The translations under genes and the position numbers were made by a program. A DNA stretch of 26,928 nt from Nitrososphaerota archaeon (GTDB taxonomy: Archaea > Thermoproteota > Nitrososphaeria > Nitrososphaerales > Nitrosopumilaceae). The stretch is taken from the NCBI GenBank assembly GCA_030611185.1, contig JAUWQG010000001.1:1-26928 (forward strand). The letters are read 5' to 3'. Every line of letters starts with the position of its first letter. The first letter of the stretch is position 1. Below the pieces are notes generated by a model, which saw only the letters and a program-made list of their open reading frames with translations, had not been told where the DNA came from and did not search any database. Shown here in pieces: positions 8,804-17,018 of this stretch.

Positions 8804-9562
8804 TTGAAAACGATTTTTGTAACTGGGACAGCTGGAGCAGGAAAATCTCTACTAACCTCAAAATTATGTGATTATTACACTCAAAATGGCGCATTTGCTG
8901 CCGTTTTGAACATGGATCCAGGTGTTGAAAATATGCCTTATACTTGTGATGTCGATGTTAGGGATTATGTTGATATTGTCTCATTAATGAAACAATATGA
9001 TTTAGGACCAAATGGCGCCCTAATAATGGCAAATGATCTAATTGCGTCTAAAATTGATGACATAAGAAATGAAGTTGAAAGAGTAAATCCAGATTATTTG
9101 TTAGTGGACACACCAGGACAAATAGAATTATTTGCATATAGAACTAGTGGTAAATTTATTGTAGAAAATTTAACTGCTGAGGAAAAAACAAGTATTTTTT
9201 TATTTGATGGGTCACTAATTACCACACCAATCAATTTTGTGTCTATTGCTCTTCTTGCAACCTCAATTAGATTACGTCTAAATTTGCCAACCATAAATGT
9301 AATCACAAAAACAGATGTTATAGGTACAAAACTAAAAGACATCATCCAATGGTCAAGTAATATCAGATCATTAGAAAATGCAATAGCAAAAGATGCAGAT
9401 GGTGAAACATATACTTTGGCTACAAATATTTTACGAGGATTAAATCTAGGTGGTTTTGCTCAAGGATTAATTCCAGTTTCTAATGTGACAGGAGATGGAA
9501 TGGTAAATTTAGAAGGGGCATTAAGCAGAATTCTTAATTTGGGAGAAGAGGTAGAAGATTAG
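8804..9562 (+). CDS. GPN-loop GTPase
   Basis: GTAGAGKS P-loop, NMDPG, LGPNG, DTPGQIELF, TKTD. TTG start. Confidence 0.93.
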   Translation: MKTIFVTGTAGAGKSLLTSKLCDYYTQNGAFAAVLNMDPGVENMPYTCDVDVRDYVDIVSLMKQYDLGPNGALIMANDLIASKIDDIRNEVERVNPDYLLVDTPGQIELFAYRTSGKFIVENLTAEEKTSIFLFDGSLITTPINFVSIALLATSIRLRLNLPTINVITKTDVIGTKLKDIIQWSSNIRSLENAIAKDADGETYTLATNILRGLNLGGFAQGLIPVSNVTGDGMVNLEGALSRILNLGEEVED

Positions 9563-10486
9563 ATGGTTTCAAAAATTACTGTTGTTGCACCTTCATCCAC
9601 TGCAAATTTAGGTCCTGGATTTGATGTTTTTGGATTAGCGGTTAACGCATTTTATGATGAAATTACTTTAACAAAAAAGAAAGCAAAAGGAGTCAGTATC
9701 GTAACTGAAGATGACATACCAACAAATCCTGATAAAAATACAGCAGGATTAGTTGTAAAAAATATGATTAAAAAATTCAAAATTAACGATGGAATCGAAA
9801 TAATAATTAAAAAAAATATTCCTGCAGGTTATGGAATGGGTAGTAGTGCTGCTTCGGCAGCAGCTGCCGCTTTTGCATTTGATAAATTATACAAATTGAA
9901 ATTAGATGGAAATGCGCTTGTTGGATTTGCAGGAATTGGTGAAAAAGCAAGTGCTGGTTCAATTCATTATGATAATGTTGCAGCCTCAATTCTAGGAGGA
10001 TTTGTGATTGTGAAAACTGATCCTTTAGAGATCATCAAAATTGATCCACCTGCTAATCTAAGAATGTGTATTGCAGTTCCAAAATTAAAAGTTCCAAAAA
10101 AGAAAACCAAAGTATCAAGAGGTGTAATCCCAAAAAAAATCAGTTTAACATCTAGTATTACAAATCTATCAAATGCAACAGTAATTGTAGTAGGATTTAT
10201 GAAAAAAGATCCTGATTTGATTGGAAAATCAATAAAAGACGTGATAGTAGAGCCTGCCAGGAAGCATATGATACCCGGATTTTCAAAGGTTAAAGAAAAT
10301 GCATTAAAAGCAGGAGCATTAGGGGTCACAATTAGTGGAGCAGGTCCTTCAGTGATTGCCTTTTCAAAAAGTTCAGGGGATCTTAAAAAAATCAGTTTAG
10401 CGATGTCTAAGGGATTTAAATCGGCCAAAATAGACTGTCAAACTATTATTTGTAAACCCAGTATTGGTGCTAAAATTAAAAAATAA
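9563..10486 (+). CDS. thrB: Homoserine kinase (GHMP family)
   Basis: APSSTANLGPGFD, PAGYGMGSSAAS, HYDNVA, ISGAGPS. Confidence 0.95.
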   Translation: MVSKITVVAPSSTANLGPGFDVFGLAVNAFYDEITLTKKKAKGVSIVTEDDIPTNPDKNTAGLVVKNMIKKFKINDGIEIIIKKNIPAGYGMGSSAASAAAAAFAFDKLYKLKLDGNALVGFAGIGEKASAGSIHYDNVAASILGGFVIVKTDPLEIIKIDPPANLRMCIAVPKLKVPKKKTKVSRGVIPKKISLTSSITNLSNATVIVVGFMKKDPDLIGKSIKDVIVEPARKHMIPGFSKVKENALKAGALGVTISGAGPSVIAFSKSSGDLKKISLAMSKGFKSAKIDCQTIICKPSIGAKIKK

Positions 10487-10501
10487 CTTGGAGATAAATC
10501 G

Positions 10502-11176
10502 ATGAAAAAAGCAGTAGTAGTTTTTAGTGGTGGAATAGATTCAGTTTGTGCTGCATCCTACTTAAAATCAAAGTATGAACTATATGGAATTTCATTTTCT
10601 TATGGCCAAAAGGCTAGCAGAGAAATTATTGCAGCAAAATCTTTTGCAAAAAAAATAGGTCTTAAAAAACATAAGATTGTAGATATTGGTTTCATGAAAG
10701 AATTGTATGGAGATTCCAATGTATTAACAAGCTCAAAAAGAAAAATTCCAAGTAAATTTGAATACTCTATTGTTGTTCCTATTAGAAATGCTGTTTTTCT
10801 CTCGATTGCATCTGCGTGGGCCTTTACTCTAAATGCATCTTTAGTTGTATATGGAGCCCATACAGGTGATAAGAATTATCCTGATTGTAGACCTAATTTT
10901 GCAAAAAAATTGGAATCTTCATTTAATCAAGGAGAAATTGATGGTATAAATTCAGGTTTACGAAAAAAAATTGAGATTTGGTCTCCGTATAAAGAAGGAC
11001 TTTCTAAAAGTGATTTGCTAAAATTTGGCTACAAAACAATTGGTGATTCTATTTTCAAAACTTGGAGTTGTTATTCTAGTGGTAGATATCATTGTGGTGT
11101 TTGTGAATCATGTAATAATAGAAAAATTGCTTTTGATAAATCTGGAATTAAAGATAAAACAAAATATTTAAAATAA
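10502..11176 (+). CDS. queC: 7-cyano-7-deazaguanine synthase
   Basis: SGGIDS PP-loop, YGQ, VPIRN, YPDCR, TWSCY, CGVCESC Zn site. No GAT fusion. Confidence 0.96.
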   Translation: MKKAVVVFSGGIDSVCAASYLKSKYELYGISFSYGQKASREIIAAKSFAKKIGLKKHKIVDIGFMKELYGDSNVLTSSKRKIPSKFEYSIVVPIRNAVFLSIASAWAFTLNASLVVYGAHTGDKNYPDCRPNFAKKLESSFNQGEIDGINSGLRKKIEIWSPYKEGLSKSDLLKFGYKTIGDSIFKTWSCYSSGRYHCGVCESCNNRKIAFDKSGIKDKTKYLK

Positions 11177-11178
11177 TT

Positions 11179-11427
11179 TCAGTATTTGTTTCTAAGAATT
11201 TTTTTCTTAAGAATAAGACCTCTAATTATCATGTACCATACAAGAAAACATGCACCAAATGTCCCTGCCATAATCCAATTACCTACTTCTGGTGATACCT
11301 CAAAAAATTCGGCAACTTTGAAAGATAATGCAAATGAAAGAACGATTACAATCGTGACTTCTAAAACATACCATATCCATGATGGAAATGATTCTTTTGG
11401 AATATGGATATTATCATGAGCAACCAT
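11179..11427 (-). CDS. Small two-TM hypothetical membrane protein
   Basis: Two hydrophobic helices, basic C-terminus, 40 bp downstream of folE on the same strand. Confidence 0.75.
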   Translation of the reverse strand: MVAHDNIHIPKESFPSWIWYVLEVTIVIVLSFALSFKVAEFFEVSPEVGNWIMAGTFGACFLVWYMIIRGLILKKKILRNKY

Positions 11428-11467
11428 AGAATCTATGTCAAATATTGAATATTTAATTTTTCAGGTA

Positions 11468-12025
11468 CTAAAGTGAAGCATTGTAGGTATGTTTTCGTAT
11501 CATAGCCATGATACTTTCTTTTTCTTCCCTGTTTTCATAGATTCCACGATATGCAGCTGAAGTCAGAGTGGCATCATTTCTAACTCCCCTCATTTTCATA
11601 CAAAGATGTTCTGCATCAGTCACTACTACTACACCTTTTACCCCTTGAGCAAATAGCTCATCAGCTATATTTTTCGTTAGTCGTTCCTGAATTTGAAGTC
11701 GTTTAGAATATTTTTCAACTAGTCTGATCAGTTTTGATATTCCAAAGACTCTACCATTAGGAGAATAAGCAATATGGATCTTGCCAAAAAATGGCAACAT
11801 ATGGTGCTCACACATGGAATAAAACTGAATATCACGTGCAACAACTGTATCAGAATCTTCAGAGAACTGTACTGATAACTCAGAATCAGATTCATATCCA
11901 TTAAAGATTTCTTGGTACATTCGTCCAATTCGTTCTGGAGTATCTTTGAGTCCTTCACGAGTTGGATCTTCTCCAATTTCTATGATTAGTTCTCTAACCA
12001 ATTTTTTCACACGCTCTTGGTCCAT
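11468..12025 (-). CDS. folE: GTP cyclohydrolase I
   Basis: GEDPTREGLKDTPER, SMCEHHMLPFFG, GISK, RLQIQERLT, HLCMKMRG. Confidence 0.97.
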   Translation of the reverse strand: MDQERVKKLVRELIIEIGEDPTREGLKDTPERIGRMYQEIFNGYESDSELSVQFSEDSDTVVARDIQFYSMCEHHMLPFFGKIHIAYSPNGRVFGISKLIRLVEKYSKRLQIQERLTKNIADELFAQGVKGVVVVTDAEHLCMKMRGVRNDATLTSAAYRGIYENREEKESIMAMIRKHTYNASL

Positions 12026-12088
12026 TAGATATTCTGAGAGATTTTTTCTAGTATTTGAACCTAATCTAGTTTTTGACTAATGGTAAAT

Positions 12089-12802
12089 TTATGGAGCACC
12101 TATGAATTTATGGAGTTGGGGTACGACTTTAACATCCGGATAAAATGGAAATACAATATCATACAAATCTAGAAGTAGATCTAAAGATGGCTCTGCTATT
12201 CCGTAAGTTGGTTGTATAATGAATCCATCAATTTGATGCTTTGAAACAGAATTAAAAATACTTGAAACTAGATTAGTAAACTCACTTAATTCTGTTTTTG
12301 AGCTTACAACAATTTTGATGTAAGTTGTTTTTCTTTCAGATACAGATGATTTAAGACAATTCATTACATTTTCAATTAATTTTTCATAATGTTTAGAATC
12401 AACAAATTTAGAATCTTTTGTTTTAAATTCAATTTTTACAATATCAATAAACGGTAAAACATGATTAAATCTATCAGAATCAAAGCAAGATGATTCAAGA
12501 TATGTAGGAATTTTTTTACCTTGAACATATTTTGCTAGTTCGGCTACAGCTTCATGTTGGATTAAGGGATCTCCACCTGTAAAATTTACTTTGTATGTCT
12601 GTTTTTTGAGATTGGAATCAATTAGTTGACATGCTTCTTGAAGGTTGTATTCTTTTCCAGAATCAAGTGGAAGTGATTCTTTAGTGTCACAATAAAAACA
12701 AGTAAAGGGACAACCTGCTAATCTTACAAATAGAGTTTTAGTACCATAAAGAATTCCTTCTCCTTCAACTGATGTGAATATTTCAAATAATCTAATTTTC
12801 AA
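12089..12802 (-). CDS. queE: 7-carboxy-7-deazaguanine synthase (radical SAM)
   Basis: EIFTSVEGEG, FVRLAGC, CxxxCxxC (CPFTCFYC), TGGDP, and C-terminal PQLHK. Context with folE and queC. Confidence 0.93.
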   Translation of the reverse strand: MKIRLFEIFTSVEGEGILYGTKTLFVRLAGCPFTCFYCDTKESLPLDSGKEYNLQEACQLIDSNLKKQTYKVNFTGGDPLIQHEAVAELAKYVQGKKIPTYLESSCFDSDRFNHVLPFIDIVKIEFKTKDSKFVDSKHYEKLIENVMNCLKSSVSERKTTYIKIVVSSKTELSEFTNLVSSIFNSVSKHQIDGFIIQPTYGIAEPSLDLLLDLYDIVFPFYPDVKVVPQLHKFIGAP

Positions 12803-12847
12803 GTACTAGTAGTATTTTTTTTCATTATTTATTCAATGGGCTTTTAG

Positions 12848-13048
12848 TTAATGCATTACTGGTTCTTTTGTATAGAATAATCCAGAAATGAAAAATACTA
12901 CGCCCAAAATTCCAATCAAACTTCCGACAAATTCTACTATACTTTGCATCTCAGTTTCTAAAGGTGCCCATAACCAAGCCATTAAAGCGCCAACTATAAT
13001 CATTGGAATACCCACACCAACACTAATTTCTTTAGAAGCCATGCTCAT
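12848..13048 (-). CDS. Two-TM microprotein
   Basis: 66 aa with two hydrophobic helices; fits between co-oriented genes. Confidence 0.75.
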   Translation of the reverse strand: MSMASKEISVGVGIPMIIVGALMAWLWAPLETEMQSIVEFVGSLIGILGVVFFISGLFYTKEPVMH

Positions 13049-13089
13049 GATGTTAAGAAAATGTATATGAAGTTTATGATAATTTGTGA

Positions 13090-14085
13090 CTAGATTTGAA
13101 TTTGCTCAAGAACTGTTGCTAGTAATCGTAGTAACTCATTTGCGTTTTCAAATTCTTTTTTTGATATGTGATCTTTAATGGCTTGAAGGGATTCATTGAT
13201 TTCTTGCATAGTATCTTGATTTACCTGGTCTGAGTTAGATAGTTCAAGAATTACCTTTTCTGTTTGTATAATTCTTAAATCTAAAAGCTTATTTTCTGAT
13301 ATTTCAAATTGTTGTTGAAGTAACAGAATATTTCTTACTTCTTTAATTACCCCTGAAGGAGATGTTGCTAAGGTAAGATTTTCTCGTGAATATTCAAATT
13401 TTTGCATAATATCTTCAGGCATTCCAGTATTTTGTCCATGCTCAATTAATCTGTCAAGTTGTTTTAGATATTTTTGGGCAAATGCTTGAGCTCGATTTGA
13501 TTCTTGTTGTAATGCCTGGTGACGAAGTTCTGCATTAAATTCAATGATGATTTTTTTGATTTCATGAATTGTTTGTGTTGCTTCCTCAAATTGATTATTA
13601 TTAATTTGGTTTTTAGCAATTGTAAATGATTGATCGAGTGATGAAAAGTCTAATGATGCATTTTGGTTTTTAGCAATTACTTTTAGGCTGTTAACGTAAC
13701 TTTGCATTCGAAGAAGATCATTTGAGGGGTTGGGAACAGTTTGAATTGTATTAATTTCAGATTTAATGGTCTGAACTGTAGTTAGTTGATGTGAAATATT
13801 GGTAAAAATCTTCATTGAAGACAGAAAATGTTTTTTTGCCGAAGTTAAGTCATTATTTGAAAGAGATTCGTCTAAAGCCTCAACTTCATTTTTGCCTTCT
13901 TCAAATAATTTCTTTAATTCTTCAGAGGATTCATTAGACATTTGATTTTGAATTTGTTCTTGTGCACGAGTAGCTATTTGGGATAAAATGGAAGGATTTT
14001 CTTGAGCAAATACAGTGTTTGTCATGCCTCCCAAAGTCAAACTTGCCGTTAGAACCAATAATCCATAGATTACAATAGATTTCAT
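13090..14085 (-). CDS. Secreted all-alpha-helical protein with internal repeats
   Basis: Signal peptide ending VFA-Q; Q/E/N-rich amphipathic helices; ATGA overlap with the upstream gene's stop. Confidence 0.85.
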   Translation of the reverse strand: MKSIVIYGLLVLTASLTLGGMTNTVFAQENPSILSQIATRAQEQIQNQMSNESSEELKKLFEEGKNEVEALDESLSNNDLTSAKKHFLSSMKIFTNISHQLTTVQTIKSEINTIQTVPNPSNDLLRMQSYVNSLKVIAKNQNASLDFSSLDQSFTIAKNQINNNQFEEATQTIHEIKKIIIEFNAELRHQALQQESNRAQAFAQKYLKQLDRLIEHGQNTGMPEDIMQKFEYSRENLTLATSPSGVIKEVRNILLLQQQFEISENKLLDLRIIQTEKVILELSNSDQVNQDTMQEINESLQAIKDHISKKEFENANELLRLLATVLEQIQI

Positions 14086-15116
14086 TCCTCTTCCTCCAAC
14101 TTTTTCTTTAAGATTACGAGGTTTTGCATGTCTTTTTTGTTAATCTCAATTACTCCTAATCTTTCTAATCGTTTTACAGCTCTCCACATAGTGGTTCGTG
14201 GTTGAAGGAATTTTTTCCTTAAGTCGCTTTCAAAAACTTGTCCACCACTTTCAGAAATGAAATTAACAATTTTTTTATCATCTTCGCGCATATCAGGTCT
14301 AAAATCAAAAATAGCTTGTGGATTAACAAATTTTTCATCAGCTGGCTTGTCAGAAATTATTTCAGTTTGAACTGTTGATTGTGATGATTTTGATTTATTT
14401 TTCTTTATAATTATAGATGCTCCTGCGACTCCAGCTGCAATTATTCCACCAAAAATGATTGGTAAAGTATAATCTTCATCAGGATTAATTGGATCAGGTG
14501 GAGGAGTATCTATTGGGTTTTGAGGTGTACCAAGTATGTAATTTATCTCAGTCATCCCAGTTGATAATTCTAATTTAGTGTGGTCTTCAGTAATTTCCAT
14601 ATTTTTAGGAATGTTACTCATTCCGACAATTATAGAGCTAGTTGGCATAAGTAAAGTATAATCAGATGGGGATTCAAATGAGAAAGTCCAAACTCGTCCT
14701 TCTTTTGAAATTAAATCATGAATATCATAGTCTACAGAAATACTTGAAGAACCAAAAGTATCGATTGTAGCTTTATTTCCTATTACCTCACCGGATAACA
14801 AAAATCCATCTTCACCGACAGTGACAAAATTATCAACTGATGGGCCGAATAAATCAAGCTCAAAATCAGGTAATTGTGCATCTATATCCAATTGAGTAGA
14901 TACATGTGTAGAACCATCTGAATACATGGTTAGTTCTAAGGTTCTAGTAGAGCCGAATGAGGTTTGAATTGGCATTCCAATTGTTACAACGATTAATCCT
15001 GCAAGTATCAGGGGGATCTTAATCATTGTATTGAGGATACCTTCAGTCCTTACAAAAAGCATTCCATCTTCTACAAGAGATTCGTTCGTATGAAACGGTA
15101 CGATTTCGGGATTCAA
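14082..15116 (-). CDS. Membrane-anchored transcriptional regulator (extracellular beta domain, single TM, cytoplasmic winged HTH; COG2512-like)
   Basis: Signal-like segment MIKIPLILAGLIVVTIGMP (alternative ATG at 15026), Pro-rich linker, TM LPIIFGGIIAAGVAGASIII-KK, C-terminal wHTH VFESDLRK..PRTTMWRAVKRLERLGVIEI. Confidence 0.85.
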   Translation of the reverse strand: MNPEIVPFHTNESLVEDGMLFVRTEGILNTMIKIPLILAGLIVVTIGMPIQTSFGSTRTLELTMYSDGSTHVSTQLDIDAQLPDFELDLFGPSVDNFVTVGEDGFLLSGEVIGNKATIDTFGSSSISVDYDIHDLISKEGRVWTFSFESPSDYTLLMPTSSIIVGMSNIPKNMEITEDHTKLELSTGMTEINYILGTPQNPIDTPPPDPINPDEDYTLPIIFGGIIAAGVAGASIIIKKNKSKSSQSTVQTEIISDKPADEKFVNPQAIFDFRPDMREDDKKIVNFISESGGQVFESDLRKKFLQPRTTMWRAVKRLERLGVIEINKKDMQNLVILKKKLEEEE

Positions 15117-15119
15117 TGG

Positions 15120-15407
15120 TTAATACCTTAAATTCATGCTTTCAACGAGTTCCTGGAATCTCTTGAATTCCTGGAAAAATTGAAGTCCTTTTTCAGTAAT
15201 CAAAAAGACTCTATTTCTATCGTTTTTGACAGACTCGACTAAGCCAGCTTCTACCAGTTTCTCACATTTGTCTAGTACTGCATAGTGAGATAGGTTGGCT
15301 TTGCGAGATATTGCAGATATAATGATTCCATCACGTCCACCATTGGCGGTAACGTTAAGGATATCACCCATTATGCCCATTTCGGACCTGTATTGTTGTT
15401 TTGACAT
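15120..15407 (-). CDS. Winged helix-turn-helix transcriptional regulator (COG3432-like)
   Basis: YRS..IMGDIL, ISAISRKANLS, LVEAGLV, and wing FLITEKG pattern. Confidence 0.88.
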   Translation of the reverse strand: MSKQQYRSEMGIMGDILNVTANGGRDGIIISAISRKANLSHYAVLDKCEKLVEAGLVESVKNDRNRVFLITEKGLQFFQEFKRFQELVESMNLRY

Positions 15408-15453
15408 GTAATAGTATAGAATTAGTTTGCTTATGAGGAATATTCTGAAACCT

Positions 15454-15476
15454 CAAAGCGGAACACAAAGCGGAAC
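15454..15476. promoter_or_regulatory. Tandem direct repeat 2x CAAAGCGGAAC (12-bp period), candidate operator
   Basis: Exact 11-bp copies at 15454-15464 and 15466-15476; GC-rich within an AT-rich intergenic region; 47-69 nt upstream of the wHTH start. Confidence 0.6.
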
Positions 15477-15660
15477 GCCATTTTGACTCTCTAATTTTAC
15501 AAATTTTAGTAGTTTTCACCAAAGTAAGAAAATTTTCATTATTTTTTGTGCTTAAAATTTTAATACAAAAATTGTAATTTTTTAAAAAAAATCAAAAAAC
15601 ACATTTTTAAAAAATTTCAAGCATTTTGAAGCTTTTTTATTACATTTTTTCTATTTTTTG

Positions 15661-15667
15661 TATATAA
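15661..15667 (+). promoter_or_regulatory. TATA box candidate for the 15723 gene
   Basis: TATATAA preceded by phased T-tracts; about 55 nt upstream of the ATG. Confidence 0.45.
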
Positions 15668-15722
15668 GGAACAGGACGTTTCATTACCATACCTAAACTA
15701 TTATTTCAATTATCCTCATTTA

Positions 15723-16409
15723 ATGAAAAAAATCCGCAATGATACATTCAGAGTAGTTGCAATGCTGTTGATGTTATCAACAGCCCCATTAGGGGTTAGC
15801 TATTCTTATGCAGAAATTGAAGACAATCTTGAATTTGAGGAGATTCAAAATGACCCAAATTTACCGGAAAATGCTCATCTAGATAAGATTAGAACGATAC
15901 TTACTGAAAAAATGGTAAATGGAAAATTAGAAGTTGTGGAGATTATTTTACCAAAAAACACAGCAGATGAAGAGATTAATCGAATTCTTTCTTTAGAAGG
16001 AACTCCTGGTTGGTCATTCATTAATTTTCAAGAATATCATTCAGGAATAGTTCTTTTTGATGGAAAAGTCTCTAAAGTTGGAGAGAGGTATTGGAAAATT
16101 TCAGTACATGGGACTTTAGATTTATCCAAGGGGGCATTAAATCTCCATTTGAGTGGAAAATCTGATAATTCCGATCCTGAAATTATAGAAAATTCCTTGA
16201 ATGAGAACTATGATTATAGAGTCATATTTTCTGGTAAAATGGAAGAATCAGACAAAGAAAACGTATTTGCAATTGCATTTATGAATTCCACCCAAATTCC
16301 TGAAACGAGTCAAAATATCGAACTTTTGCAATTTGGAACTGAAAACTCAGAATATGTGTATACTACAGAATGTAATCAATTGGTAAGAAATCCCTGTTTG
16401 GTAATATAA
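15723..16409 (+). CDS. Hypothetical secreted protein with beta-rich C-terminal domain
   Basis: N-terminal basic-hydrophobic signal (..VVAMLLMLSTAPLGVSYSYA-E); divergent from the regulator operon. Confidence 0.8.
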   Translation: MKKIRNDTFRVVAMLLMLSTAPLGVSYSYAEIEDNLEFEEIQNDPNLPENAHLDKIRTILTEKMVNGKLEVVEIILPKNTADEEINRILSLEGTPGWSFINFQEYHSGIVLFDGKVSKVGERYWKISVHGTLDLSKGALNLHLSGKSDNSDPEIIENSLNENYDYRVIFSGKMEESDKENVFAIAFMNSTQIPETSQNIELLQFGTENSEYVYTTECNQLVRNPCLVI

Positions 16410-16509
16410 TTACCAATTTTTCTTTTTTTTATAAACAAAAAATCATTCACTAGTCAGTTTTGAGAATACATAATGACTTTTTATTCGTATTTTCTAAATA
16501 ATTTATAAA

Positions 16510-17001
16510 ATGTTTGACAAGTTCAAAAAGGAAGAAGGGGGAGAGATGGTAGAAGAAAAACCGGAGAAAGATACTAAGGTGGAATCAGAAGAGAGAGAAA
16601 CAATGGTTGAATCTTCATTTTCAGAAAATTCAAGTGAAATTGGAATTGGAGATCTGATGGCTAAACGAGCAAAATTAGATGAGGCCATTGATTATGTAGG
16701 TTTAATGATAAAAAATTTGAAAGATAAAAGGACAAGTTTGGAAAAGGATATTGAAGATGAGTCAGTTGATATTAAGAATTTAAAAGAAAAATTAGAAAAG
16801 GTTAGTGCTTACATTGATGAGGAAAATCAAGGAATTCAGGATTTAACTCGTAAGAGACAAGAAGTAGAAAATGAAGCTGATGAAGTAGGATCCCTGATTA
16901 ATACTCTGAAGGATAAATTATCTGGAATAGATAAAGTTGTAGACGGTGAGGGAGATAGAGTAAAGAAAATTAAAGAATCCAGAGAATCTCTAGAAAGTTA
17001 A
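16510..17001 (+). CDS. Acidic coiled-coil protein with 21-aa repeats
   Basis: Disordered acidic N-terminus followed by five exact 21-residue heptad units. Confidence 0.85.
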   Translation: MFDKFKKEEGGEMVEEKPEKDTKVESEERETMVESSFSENSSEIGIGDLMAKRAKLDEAIDYVGLMIKNLKDKRTSLEKDIEDESVDIKNLKEKLEKVSAYIDEENQGIQDLTRKRQEVENEADEVGSLINTLKDKLSGIDKVVDGEGDRVKKIKESRESLES

Positions 17002-17018
17002 TTTTAGAAAACTAATTT

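Noticed and set aside
15090-15684. Shared 8-mer CGTTTCAT at 15090-15097 (minus) and 15677-15684 (plus) as a second operator
   Set aside because: Found post hoc; an 8-mer recurrence is plausible by chance, and its position relative to TATA boxes differs between the two sites.
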